Shown: piece after piece, positions 26,601 to 41,600 of the stretch | How the letters are laid out: every line of letters starts with the position of its first letter | Numbering within the stretch: position 1 is the first letter of the stretch | Origin: Antedon mediterranea | Taxonomy: Eukaryota > Animalia > Echinodermata | Direction of reading: 5' to 3' | DNA: 64,000 nucleotides | Assembly: GCF_964355755.1 (NCBI RefSeq) | Contig: NC_092676.1 | Location: forward strand, 29,282,871 to 29,346,870 | The notes under the pieces: generated by a model | What the model was told of the DNA's origin: nothing | The model's database searches: none | Seen by the model: the letters and a program-made list of their open reading frames with translations, nothing else | Program-made: the position numbers and the translations under genes

Positions 26601-29600
26601 TTTACAGATTTATGTGTTTATAGAAACAACCATATTTAAGATGATCAAATAAAAAAACTGTGAATTGTAAACTTCAACATGTTTATGCGCATATTAGGTA
26701 TGACAAAAAAAAATATAATAGAAACAGTAAACTTATATTGACCCTGAATTTAAATATAGACCCCTATCCAATTTTCTAAGGCTTAACAGTGTTGCTTCAC
26801 CTTATTTCTTAGGTTATGTACCGGTATATGCTTCTATTTCAATGCCATTTCTTTGTTAGAATATGACTAAACTGCTTAATACAATTTATATGCAAGATAG
26901 TAACTGTTTTGAATGAACTACTGTTACAATGTCCTCAAGACATCTTTACATCGATCTGTTTCTTGTTATTGATCCGGCTTAATCCCCTGGTCATCAGCTG
27001 AATGAACGGTAATCACAAATGGGAAGACTTTTAAACACTAATGCTTGGTTTCTCTCAATCATATCAAACTCATCGCCAGGGCTGTTGCCTTATTTCTCAC
27101 AGAAACCCACATTATTAATTTAAAATGATTGGTTTTATTAATACAGAACCTTAGAATTTAATATTAAAATTTTTTGAAATATTATTTTAGAAAGGTTATA
27201 TTGATTATGCCATATTTAATGCTTGAAATGTGTTAAATTATTGCCATCTGCTCTACAGCACCATCATTTTGTGCTCTGTAATTAAATTTGCTATTTAATT
27301 TGGAATAACTGAGAGAGACACAACTCTTGATAATATCACATTAGAAAGGCATGCAGCTAGTCCATTAAAAGCCATTGTTTATAGGCCTTATTTGACTTCT
27401 CTCGTAATCTATCGCATCTTCAGTTAGACTATGAAGTCTATTTCCTACCCCTCTCTCTTTCTGAAGAGAAATTACTGTATGATATTTTTGGCTCATGTAG
27501 CCCATTTTTTAAATTTTATTTATTTTCTGTTATTTATTTCCGAGACTTAAGCTAAACTTGTTTTTGTCATGTTTTGTTCTCATCTATTGTATACCAAGTA
27601 GCTGTTTTGACTGCTTTAGCGTCTACCATTCAACACTGCTTACAAACAAAGACCATTTACTTAGCCGTTTTTACCCAAAAGGTTGACTGTGAAAGATCGA
27701 GAAAATAAACTTTTCAATATAAACATAAATCATGTTCGCATAGCACATTTTTCAAACATGTTTACATCTGTACCATGCAGGTATTTTACATTCAACATTC
27801 CCCCCCTTGTGAGAGTACCCTCTTTTGGGATTATACATTATGTGACCTATGACCTACCTAGACTTTTGTAACATCCATCTTAGGCAACTAACTTCCTGTT
27901 ATACAAATATATTGCAGGAAAATGGAAAATATTTAATTTCAGACGTTTGATAAATTTAACTATGAGACGTCATTCATTATGGTTCCCACTAGGATGCAAT
28001 GCAATGACTTACACTTATAAATTGACCAATCACAAGCAACAGTTTGTATAATCATTTACTTGTGATTGGTCAAATTTTGCGATGTATGTATGCTTTTGCA
28101 TTTACAACCAAGTTAAGATTTAAAGATTGAAATCATTACTTTTGAATTTTGGCATTGATTGTTGCTCATTTAAAGATGGTTCATTTTGATTAAATAAACA
28201 TTTTTTTTTCATTATATTCTTTAATGCTAATTGTGCAAACATTAAACTGAGCGTACAATAAAATGTCTGACTCAATAATACAACTTAAGTGGTTGTAATT
28301 TGCATTAATTCTTGCTATATTGATCTTCATGGTCCACATCTTGAGAACAATCGCAGCATTTTAAAACACATCTTAAATCAGTTGCCAGAATGTTTTTGCA
28401 TGTTTACCCAACATCTTATATTTCACCTTACATAAGTGACAGTTACCAATATTTTAATTTTGGTGCAAAACACTTTACATCAAAACAAATAGCCAATAGA
28501 CTTAAATTAGAATTTTTACCAGATTTGCTTAGCTGTTGCGGGATGCCGATGGGCGTGTGTATTGATTATTTTTAGAGATTTTGGAGAAAAAAATGTGTAT
28601 GTGAGTTTAACGACCTTTCCTTTGTGTTCAGGGAATGATTGGTAAATGAATAATGTTTGAATAACATGCAGAGTTGGATAAATAAATGTCAAGTCCAGCT
28701 TTTGGTAAATCGTGAATCTATCAACACTTTGCTCAATAACACCTTTACTACACATCTATGGTGTAGTTTAATGTCAGACTATTCTCTTTAGCATTTTTTA
28801 CACACAGACAGGAATTCAGCTGCAGCCATCTTTGGTGGTTGGAGGGACGCAAGTGATGACAGATCTGTACACCATTTCAACTTGAGTCATGCTCTACCAA
28901 TTTGTTTGTTTGTGAAATCGCAAGATCATGTTTATCTTTGAATTCTGGGATTAAAATAAGTTCAAAAAAATACTTGTGCTGGTTACTCATTTGAATGCAC
29001 AAACCAACAGTTACCTGGATAAACCAAAAATAGCCTTCCGTATTATTAGTAAGTAAGTGAACCCTATTGGATAATGGTATAATCCGCAAATACAGTTTAA
29101 TAAATTATGGATGCTTTGAATGTATATTTTTGAAAAACTAAAGTATTTTATGAAAATGACTAGCAAGTTAATCAAATATTTAAACAATTTTATATAACCA
29201 TTTTATTTTAATAAGTCGGACTGCAGTCAACCATCGTAACGTTGTCATCAAGTTTACAGCGTGTAGATTATCTTCTTATATAAATAACTACACAGTCGAG
29301 TCGTGAATAAAATAGGCTTAAGCCGTACACGATAAATGTTCAGTCGGCTTGTCATTGAACTGTGTTTGAATGGATTGGCTCAACCTAGAGGATTTTGATC
29401 AGATATATTGAGAATATCATTATAAGGCTCTGTCTACACTATCAAACTAGTTTGACAAAAAAAGTGTAATATGCCCAAATATGATAGTGATATGCCCAAA
29501 ATATGGTAGTGGTGTGCCCAAATATGGTAGTGATATGACATCATCATATCCATATATAGGCACATCATATTTTTTGTCATATTAAGTTTGATAGTGTAGG

Positions 29601-32600
29601 CAGAGCTTAAAACGTAAGTCCTGGGTAGTGATGTTAGTAGACAACTTAGGCCTAGGAAGTTGATTGCGTTATATCTCCAGAATTAATGTGTTGTACAAGA
29701 TGAGAGGTGTAAGAATATACGATATTAAAGTAGTTCCAAGTGTCAAGTTTTTTATACTCCAGTTTTGGTTATAAATGAGAATCTAGATTCATATTTTCTT
29801 TGACACTCAGATGATTATTTTATGATTGTCTTTTATTCAAATGCATTTCATAATTTGCATTTCTGTGAAGTAATACTGATTAAAAGAAAACCTTCAACCA
29901 ACCTATTTATTTACAATCACTGATTAGTGAAATTTAGAATAAGATTGATAAATTTCTTAGAAGCATCAAGGCCCCTATGTAGCTCTTTAAAATATTAATT
30001 TATTTTTAAATCAATTCTTTGAAATAATTAATTAATTCCTTTAAACCTGCTTTGCTGAATTTCATCATCTCTGAATTTTTATTGCTAAAAAAGATGATTT
30101 GTTATTTCTCTGTGTTAATAGACCAAGGATGTGTTTTTATTGCTGTTTTTATAAGTTGTCAACTTGAAGTAACACTGTATGTAATAAGACACTTTTACGT
30201 TTAAAAACTGATGAATTTCCGCCTTGAGATATCATCGTATATCATTCAAAATTAATATTCAAATATTATATGATCGAGTATAATCGCATGCAATTGTAAT
30301 GCCTAATTCAAGATAAATTCTGACATAATACTTTGCTATACTCTATTGTTGGTGCAATCAGAGTATTATCCAACCCGATAATTTTTGGCAAATTTCATAC
30401 CTAGGCCTCCTGACTCTAGACTCAATCATTTACGGTAAATACTGTATCTTACTGCAGTGACAAAAATATAAAAGATTTCCTTATTTTACTTATAGTTACA
30501 AAATTTACGGTGGGAAACCCCTTGTATCTGTTCACACGTAATAAAACTAAATTTTCCTGTAAACAATTAAATCTGTTTTCTAAAAGCTGCTTCATACAAC
30601 AATCACAAATTAACCAATTTAGAATTGTATTTCTTTCCTCGTATAAAATAAAAAATTATAGTTTACAATGACGCTAGTGTTGCAGTCAAAAAACCAGTTA
30701 AAAGTTTAACATTATCTGATATGACGTCTTTTCTTAGCGATTTTAAACCAATAAACAATGTGCAATGTAAAGTAAACTAGGAGCTAAATTATTTATAAAA
30801 GATCATTGTGCAATATAACATATGAACTTAAACTTACCTCCTAGACAACATTAGTTTAAGCATTTGTTAACAGATTTTATTGAATAAAGAATGGAATAAA
30901 GATTCTCTTTGGATAGAGAAACGTTACTCACTCACTTGATTTCTGTTCAATCCTACTCATTCCCCTTTTCTATATAAAAAAAAAACATTTTTAAGATCAA
31001 ACCTTTATTGAATAATTCAACATAATGAATTTTGTTTTGGATATTTTATTATAAATTGATTAAGTTGATTAAAATGTCAAGGATACCATCATAATTAAAT
31101 TAACCAAACATTTATCACTCATATTTAATAATAATTATTATAAATCATATTATCAGTTATTATTATTTTAATCGGTCATGAACTCTGCCTGACTCTAATC
31201 GACCTTCGATGTATTGTGAATCAATCGTAGACTCTAATTGTCCAAGTGAATTGGTGATTTTCTTTTAAAATCTATCCATAAAGTTAGTAATTTTCTTATG
31301 TTGGCCTACAGTACTTTACTTGTTTTGAAAAACATTCAGAAAATATTCTGTTTGAACCAACAAAACAAAATGTTAGTGTTAATAATGTTTATCCTATTGT
31401 GGTATCGGAAAGGTAGAAAAATCCTTTTTTGTGGTCAATCTATGTTAAACCAACACATCGGGGAAATCCTTTTAACTTGACGGGCAAATCTGTTTTTCAT
31501 TGTTTGTATAGCCGAGGAAATTTTAAGTCTGGTTAAAGATACTCATTAAAATGCCATATTGAACCTGGTCAAAAGTCAATGGTATATTCATCCCAGGAGA
31601 ATGCTGTCTGTTGACAAGACTGGTCTTCAAGTGCTTGTAAGTCTACAGATGGAGCTTGCTTCAATCCTAAATGTGTATTTAAGGATATCTCTCGGACAAT
31701 ATTTATTAAACGTTCATGAGTATTAGACTGTTTACTTTCTTAATCGATTAAACGATAGAAATGTTGGCTAAAGATTATTACAAGTATTAAATACCTACTT
31801 TATGACTAATTATTGCTGTAGAGGAATGTCTTATATAGTGCATTCATTATCTATAAGTTGGTGCTTAACCCCCCATGACATGCCCCCACCCCATGACATA
31901 GTCCCCCTCCCCATGACATAGTCCCCCAACCACCAATGACATGGTTCTAGGCCAGTTTGCCAAATCCCAAATTGCTGTGTACAGTGGATGTATGTTTAAT
32001 TGTTGTAGGCTAATAAAATTACCAATATTTTCCTTCAAAGCCTCAAACCTATACTGGATATAAAAGAGCGTTGACCCATAACTTCTGGTATCTAACAAGG
32101 TAACCTAGATTTAAAAATCAAAATATTTGGTCTTTGGTTCATAAAATATTTCTGTAGGAAGTACTGTACTTAAAATGTATGTTTTATTTATGTCCGCAAC
32201 ACCTACTCTATAGCATCCACTATTTACATTGCCAGCAGATGGTCCCTCAAGAGACATGCTGTAGAGTAGTGCTCATGGATACATTGTGCTAGCACAGTAT
32301 CAATTCCAATCATTGCTATTGTGAACACACAATATCTCTCGGATAGTTTTCAGTTATATCCAATACAATAGGCTAGTACAGTTGTAGTCTGACCAAAACA
32401 CAAAGACAATCTTACTGTTATCCATGTATAATGACTATAAAGCATCCTATTCAATTTTATATGTTAATTGGACTTCATCATGTTCTTCCCCTGAGGTTGG
32501 GGATTTGTCATCGTGGCTATAACCCAGAAGTTATTATCATTTTTAAAGATATGGCTGGCTCTTCCTAGGCTAGTAAGAGGACTCCCTTAGGTCTAGTTGA

Positions 32601-35600
32601 TTGTTCAGAACCGGTGAAATACTCCCTCAGGCTCTGATATTGAACTCCTAGTCAATCAGCAACATTATTGACTGTTCATTTTACTAACAATCCGTATATA
32701 ATGTACACCCCGATTTGCATAATTTAAGCTAGAAATCTTCTGTACGTGATCATATCTACTTGAAGATATATCATCTATTGGTGTTATTAATATTATACAA
32801 CATGAGACGTCACTCTTCATTCACAACCATTGTACCAAAAGTTGCACATTGTTGACCAATAAACCCGAAACCACAATAGGAACTCAACATCGCCCCTGTT
32901 GGTCAGATTAAAGCCCTATTCATCACCAGTAATAAACCATAATGGGGCCAAGTGCGGAACTGAAATGCCATCTTGTTGAAACTTAAGTCTGTAGATGATT
33001 GAAACTTCTCACCTCAAACATGCTTAAGCTAATGTGTTGAAAGTTTGGTGTGGGCCAATATAAATAAGCAACACTTACTTAAAAACCAAAATTTATAACA
33101 ATTGTTTACAATGCTTGTCTAAACTGAGCGAATGTTTTGGCATTGTTTTATAATAGAGTAGCTATCATAACCCCTGTTAAATCAGATTTGGTGGTGGTCT
33201 GATATTGTTTGATTAATAAAGTAATTGATTGGTATTGATTTATTGATATTGTTTCAATGATTGATATCAATTCTTTTGTTTCATTCCACCAGTTTGCTTC
33301 ATATGAGTATTTATTGTATCTGTTTTCTGTTTCATACCTTTAAGTGGCAACTTTCGTTGCTGTTGGTTTTGATGAAATAAAATAAAAATGAAAAAAATAA
33401 CATTTCAGTGACAAAAATACATTTGTGCGCTCTTGGAATGTAACAAACATAACATCTGAGGCAACAGTGTACAAAACAAACTTGTTTGTCAGCAAGTTAC
33501 AACTGACTCACTTTAACCACCATCCTAGAGCCTATTGAGCCAGTATAGGTAATGGGTTCAGACTAATGTACAGGATACATAATAACTGTTGTGTAATGTA
33601 TAGAAGGTCTATTAAATTCCACATCAAACAAACAACAATTAGAACAATGAAAAAGTAAGTCTTAGGCCAAGAGCCTTTCCTGGACCTTAGGCTCAGGGAA
33701 GATACTACGCACATTATTGTTGGTTACGAACAATTAAATTTTATTAGGTATCGATGATTGTTTTACTTCATGGCTATGTTGTCGTTGATTTGGTATGGCG
33801 TCAATATATTTTTTATTTGAATGCCTTTAAGTTTAATACTTCATAACCACCAACTTATTGTGACCAACTTGCTATGTACTATTGTGTTTAAACAATGCAG
33901 TAAAATTGCTTATAACTTGTGGTGAAAGATCTAACAAATAAAGCATTCTCTTGGTCAAATTAAGATATTTGTCAACATGTGATTTGGAACTAAAGAGAAT
34001 TCTTTTGTTAAATTGTTACAGTTATAAGTTAATGCACTTTTTAATGAATCTGTGCTTTATTTTAGCCTCTATTTTTATAAAGTACCATAGTTTTTTAACT
34101 TCAGTTTGTGGCTTCTTTTCACAGAAGACATTAATTAGTTAAAAATTAGGTCTTCTTCACCTAAAAATTCTTTCCAATACAAAATTCTCTGGCATACCAG
34201 TCAGGTCAGAGGTTGTTTCGATTTTAGAATTATTAATGTACGGTTGAAAACCTATAATTTGTATTTTATTTGTTAGCTTTTAAGCTCAAAATTACCAGGA
34301 CACAATTCATGTGCAACAATGTATTTACTTGCAGCATCCATGCATACTAATATTGCTATTTCCAATTCCTAACAAAAATAAATATGCACACAGAAGATAT
34401 TCAGGCGTGATTGTACAGGTTTTGTGTTGCTTTTTGGTGTTGACCTTGAGTCCAATGGCCTAGAATAAATCTTGAAAGTGTGCCGCATCTTGTAAATGTG
34501 CTTCAAATCAGCGGGTGTTAATTCGTAGAGTTAATCCGTCAAAAGAGTACTCTTAAAATTATGAGTTTCTTTGAGATTTAGCTAGGCCCAACACCTGGGG
34601 TGCTAGAGGGGGCGTTGGATTAGTAAAACGTTGAATGCATTGCTTCTTGCTGGTATGAAAGTTGAAAGACTAAAACATATTGTTAGGATTTAAGGTTGAG
34701 TAGTTCAACGCTGAGAATATCTTTAGAGATCCAAAAGATTTACTACTCAATTTGATGACATGTTTGTACAGTATGTTAATTTAGACATAATTCTATCAAC
34801 AGTTATGTTATAATGATTCAAAGAATAACTTGTTGTAGAGTTTAGTTCTTACAAACAGTATTCCATCAACAGTATATTGCGGTGAAAACTAAATAAGATT
34901 ATTTGTTCTATAGCTATGTAAATTTTATGTGACAAAAACATTTGATGTCCTCATATATGGACATGATGATGTCATATGACTACCATATTTAGGCATATCA
35001 CTACCATATTTGGGAATATCACTACCATTGGGCACATCACACTTTTTTGTCAAACTAGTTTGATAGTGTAGAAAGAGCTTAACAGTGTTCTAATTCTGTG
35101 TTTAGTTGCAAACGAAGTAAAACCCATGTGCACTTTTTGATATAATTTCATCGTCTGCTGAAAATATCCACAAAATGCGTCCAATTAGTTACTTGAACTT
35201 AACAAAAAAAGTGCAATTAACAAATCTCGCTATTTACTTTGATCTAAATTTGCATTCTCCCATAAGATTACTTTTTGAATAATTTTTGACAGTTGTAATC
35301 TCCCCATTAATTGATTCAAATTTGTCGTTTTATCAGACGTGTTCTTCTATCCAAAAGTGTGTGTAGTTTTCAGTTGTTTAGGCCCAGTTCTGTTTGTCAT
35401 CATAACTGATGGTGGCTTTGTCCAGCTTTAGGCAAGGTCAAGTCAAGAAAACAAAACTAAGCCAGCGGCATAGATAGATGGGCCTAGCCTGCTTGCGTAT
35501 CGTCGGAGGAGGACATATCCAAACCAAGTCCATATGACTTAATTACGACAATGGGAAAGTAAACGTTAATTAATCAAGTTTAATTTAGTTTCGATTACTT

Positions 35601-38600
35601 TTAAATTTACCAAAAAAGAAAATATATTTTGGTAGCCTTCTATTCAAGTTTATATGCTTGTCATGTGGTTGGAATCATTAGTGAAAAGGAAAATGTTGTA
35701 ATTGTAAGTAAAAATGATGAGGATTACGCTTGCCAATTGCAGTGACATTTTATGTATACTAACTACTGTTGTCATTGGTATTCAACCGTTAATGTCTAAT
35801 GGGAATTAAAAGGTTAATAACTATAGTATATTTTTTATATTCAAATACTAAAATTTGACTGACGTGGGAATTTAAACAGAGGGTTTTTCCATCAAGCAAT
35901 TTTCAATACCTTTTTATATTAATATTTATCATTTTGTCATCATTATTCAGTGTAAATGTGTTTTTACATTTTAAGTGCAACCATAATATTGTTGACCGAC
36001 ATTTAAAATATTATATATTATTATTTTTAATATTATGCGAAATAATTTAAATAAATTAATTTGTTGTATTGTGACATGTTAATAAAAACATACATGTTAA
36101 TGTGCCATGATGCTAATATTTTATCATCTGTTTTTATTCAAAATGATTTACATTTTGATGACATTAAATAATAGTATCCTCACTAGTATATATTTATTTA
36201 TGTAACAAGTATTATAATAGGTGATAATGATATTTAATTATTTCTGTGTATCCTTCAAACTCTCTCTACTCTTTTATTACACAATTTGTGTATGATGATT
36301 GATAGACGTATTATGCATTCTGTTTTTAAATGATCCTTTTTGATATTATTTTAATTCCATCATTGTGTTTCCTAGATACCCGCATAGAATGGAATTAAAT
36401 TATATTAATGGAGGTTTACTTGGATAGACAGAGTTAATGGGTTCAAAAGCATTTAAAACCCACTGATACATCCGCCATCTTCAACTTTATTTGACCTTTT
36501 GACCTGGGATGTAACTTAAAGTACTTCCAACACTGTTTCTACCTGTGTCTTTTTATATAGCTTGGTGACCTTCTTTAGAGTTCAGACTTAAGACCACTAT
36601 ATGCTTGGTCTAATCCCATTGAAACGCCACACAGATTCTAATGTATTTTTAAAACAGTGGATGACATTTTAAATTTTCATCATAGTGATCGCTGATGTAA
36701 CAAGACATGAAAATTAAGAAGCGTTCTTTGTTGCTTTATTCTTATCAAAACATTGTATACTGTAGATATATTGTTGCTTTAAATTTAAAAAAAAAAGAAG
36801 ATCATTATGATGATGCATTGAAGTCCTCCCTAACATGTTTATACTGTCTTTTACAACATCTATCTCGCTCCAAAATCACCCCATTCAAAATGGTAATTAC
36901 TTGAATTCAGTAACGCCATAGAGATGTATTAAATTGGATTTATACAGTTCTAATATCTACTTTATATGGTCACATCTATAGCCATTGTTTTAATCATTTT
37001 ACCTTCAGTATCATAGTACAGAACATTTATATAAAAGGTGCGATATATTGACTAACTGTAGACCAGTTAACACCTAAAACAGTTGTAAGTAAAGACTGAT
37101 TCTACCGGTCTTAATTCAGTCACCTGCGGATCAATTACACAATTAGCAAGCCATCGGCATGAACACGGAAGAAGGCACTATTTCTGGAGGCCTAGCTAAG
37201 AACAAAGGCATTACTCGTGCTTAGTAAAATAGCCTAGAAAGGTAGGCTGTATCGATCAGCTGTAAAAGCAGTAATGACCTTATAGTACCTGCAAGGGGGT
37301 GCTTGATTATCATTAGGGTCTTGATAATTAGGCCTACAACACTAATTTATTTTTGTGCACATTTGTTATCTTTCGAGCTAAATATAAACATTTGTGGTTA
37401 ATATTATTTCCTGATGCATTTTTCCTTCACAATGGATTTGTTGCTAAGATATAAATTTTGTAAAATGTAAACTTTTAATCAAATACTTAAACTGGATCCC
37501 TTGCATAAAGAAGACTTTCATTCAATTCTCGATTCTTTTTAAATCCAAAGAATTGTAGTATTTTCAGTTGTAATGTAAAAGTCATACTAACTGTATATAA
37601 AGATTTTCAAATTGTGTTTAAACCCTAAAATAATGTGTTTAATGTTTTTGCACTGTAATTTCATCTGAACATTAAATTACCTATTAACAGATTATATTGC
37701 ATTTATATATTATTTCAAGAACATAGTAAAACCATAATTCACTGGGTTTGTAAAAATTAATCACATTAAAAAAAAGTTGGAGCCGTTGAAACGATGTGAG
37801 AACATATTAATTGACACACTACTGAACGAAGGAAATAAATGGTTCAAAGGGGGAACTCACAATAGTATCATTTGCCTCAAGTTGGGATAAATGCAATATT
37901 CATCATTGCAGAGTACTCCGTCTTGTACCGCCGTTCCTCTCTTAAATCGTCTGCAAAACTAGCAAGCAGATGAGCCCTTTTAACGTTCTTTAAGAGATGC
38001 TTAAGTAGATATGGAGTCGTTACTGCTACTTTGTCAAGACTAACGATAATTGGAATTGAGAATATGTTGATAAAGTATTGTAGATATTGCATAAATGTTT
38101 TCCAAATGTCGAACACATTCATTTGTTTATATTGTATTATTCTTTAATAAAACTCAATCAATTTTCAACATAAATGTATTTTTGTTTTTAAATGTATTAT
38201 GAAGAAATTAACATAAAAATGAATATTCATGATATAGCTTAAGGCAAAATCTTCTTTTATTTATTATAGACATTATATTGTAATTAAATGTATTCATTTC
38301 ATTTATTTTTTATTTCCATATAGAAATATACATTGCGTTTGCTCTGAAATACAAATATTATGCATTCTGTTTCTATGTGTTTTGGTCGAATAAATAAATG
38401 AAATAATACGTCATTTAGTTAAGATGTTTTCCCTGAATAATTCCTTTACCAGTTTGTCCACAACAGTTCAGTAGTACAACATGATGACAGTAATTGACCA
38501 AATCTAGTACCATTTTATTTTACAATCATTTATTCAAGATAATAATCAAATTGTTTACTTTATTTATGAAATGTTAATAGCTTTTATACACACTAATTCA

Positions 38601-41600
38601 GGTAGAACCCTTCATATTCCAATATTTTGATTGACAGCTGATGTCCGTCAAATTCAGTGGTTATCAAATTTAATATTTCCCATTTCCCACTTCGTTTGGT
38701 TTCCCTTAGTTCGCAATCCATTTCCTTTTGATATTGGAACCAGTCTGTTTATGGAAAAGCAATCGGCGACTGATGGCGTGGATGTGAATGCCGAAGGAAG
38801 AATGAATAATCTGTCAATCCTTGAACTAGGCAATCTCAGCCTGTCTACTACATATTTTCTATGCTTTTATTGCCTCCATTGTCAAGGTTACAAATAGATT
38901 GATTTTCAAGAAGAGTTTTTTTTTGTGTAATAATAGAATTTTGAATATTATTACCTGTGTCTATATACAAGAAAGAGTGTTGATTTACTATTAAATTGTT
39001 CCTTAAGTCATAACCAAATGACAATAGATACAGTAATAATAGATTATAACAAATATTTTATGAGAATTGTGTAAAATTAAAATTCCCACATACTGTAACA
39101 AAAATAGAACCATTAATATGTATTGTAACATTGTTCTATGTTATGTACAATATGTTTTAGACTTTGTGTTTTGGTTTAAGTTTTTTATCACTGGTTTATT
39201 CATTTTGGTCAATTAGAACAATTTTTACTGTGACCTTTAAAGACCAAAGTCGTAAAGAAAAACCAAAAACATAATTCTATGGTTGAACTTGCTTATAATT
39301 ATACCTCTTAAAATGTACCTTTTACAAATTGCAGCGTGATAAATCAAATATCACTGTGTTGTACTTTTAGCTTAGGGTTTTTATTCAAAATCATATTTGA
39401 AAAAGTACATCTGGTCAATTTTAAAACCTCAAAAAGTTTTTAAAATAAGAATGTAAAAAGATGAGGACCTTGGATTTTTATGAAGTGGTCTGCCTGTTAA
39501 ACAATTTGTTATTTTTATGACTTTGACAGATGTTAGTAATTTTGGGTTATGAACTGCACCATATGTCTCAATGTTATCAAATTAACCTTTTTATTATGTT
39601 AGAATGTTTCTTTACTATTTTTTTAATTTCCCATTTTGCAATAATTTGTCTTATTATTCATAAAAGAAAGTAAGAATAGATGAAAACCTAAACAGATTCT
39701 CCCTTGTTTAGAAATTAATGTAAAGGTATATTCCATTTCATTTTTAATAAAATAAATGTTAGCGTAACATTTTAAGTCAAACTTAAGCATGTTAGCTTGT
39801 AAATTTCAAGCACGAAATTACAAGAAAGAACTAATTTGAATTATTAATATCCGTACTTCATTTTCACTACCGTCACTTGGGAATGTGTAATCTTGTTGAA
39901 TAAGTGTTAATTCCGTAGCTTATAACATGTTGAATGACATACAAAATATAATACGATACAAAATTCTATCTTATTGTGAGTTGAATGATTTAAGATGTTC
40001 TCAAGGTATCATGGGAATGGATCCAATAGATTCATTCTAGCTAATTCATTGCGTGTTTGTATCCTACTGTAGGTTTTACCTGATTACATAATTTCTTCAA
40101 TTTCCAATTTGTTCTTTCTGCTTTTTCCTATTGGGTATTTTGGGACTAAGATTTCTTTTATCTAGTTTTGCAATCAGTACAATTGTTTAATTAACACAAC
40201 ATTTCTCTGGTGAGAACCTAGTGCGAGTAGCAAGATAATTTATACTCGCCAAGTGTATTTCAATTTTCATGGGGGAAATTAGGAGAACATTCTCCTTGTT
40301 TTCTAGGAAAATCTAGGAATTATTTTCTCTTAGATCTGCCTTTGCTAGGGTGTTTTATTTACAAGTTGTTGTGTTATTGACTAACTCATGTTCTGTACCA
40401 AGAGACCAGATTCTAAGATGCTAGACTTTCTGGTTCACTTAATGTTAGTGTTATGCTTCCATATTGTTATTGATAAAAAATGTGATGTTACATTTTGATA
40501 AGCAGATGTTACTAATTTTGAAGCATTCATGGAAATGCAAGGTATTTCCTAGAGTTGTACATTTCTGATACTTCTACTTTTACCAAGCAAATTTTATAAT
40601 CTTTTAATTAATTTAAAGCATTTCATTACTTTTTTCTAATAAAGATTACAATGTTAAGCTGAAAATACCAACCTTTGTGTTTTGCTAATTTATTTTGGGT
40701 TTCAATTAGATGATTCCTGACTTTAAATAGATACTGTAGAATTAACTATTTAAGATCTTCTACGTTTTTGTCCCATTTAATGACTTCTGTAAATCCTAAT
40801 ACCAAAATCTGATACAGAATACAAAAGTAAACTTTAAAATCAAGGTCTATTTAATCTAAGTTTAATAATAATAAACCTAATTCTATAGAAAACTTTTTAA
40901 GATTACAGATTGATCTGGTATTTAGGACGATTTTTCTTTTTAATTAAATCAACTGGAACAAATAGAACAAAGAACTAATCCTTTGTTATGTAATAAAATC
41001 AGAAAGTAAATAGGTTATTTATCTGTTTTAAAATCTCTGGGTTAAAATCAATGAATAGGCGGTTTGATGAGTTCACGTTTGTACACGTATCATACTTGAT
41101 TGCAATTCTTGATAAGTTAAACAGTTCTACCAAGTTCCTCTTCAGGTCATTTTATGAATTGTAACTAATTGCGAAATCTAACCTCCGTCAATGATATTGT
41201 AATCACCGCAAAATATCGTAAATATCAATCAAATTGTTACTAACAGTACAATTGATTTTGCGATACATTCCTAGACCTTTTAATTAATGGAGCATTTCAC
41301 AATCTTTTTATCAAATTTATACCAATTGTATGCTTTGTAAATTTATTGGAGATTCTTTCTATTGTTTGGAACGATTTATTTTTTTGTTGAACACTTATCA
41401 TACAATCTACTGTAGATTAGATTTTAATCAGTATTCACCAAAGTAACAATTAACTTTTTCACTTTTAAATCTTTGCCTATTTTTATTGTTGATACATTTT
41501 TAATAGACATGTTTTAATCATCGAAAATTGAGAAAAACTTTTACAGAATTTATTTGAAATAGAATTATAGAATTCCAAAATTCCTTTCATACTTTCCAAA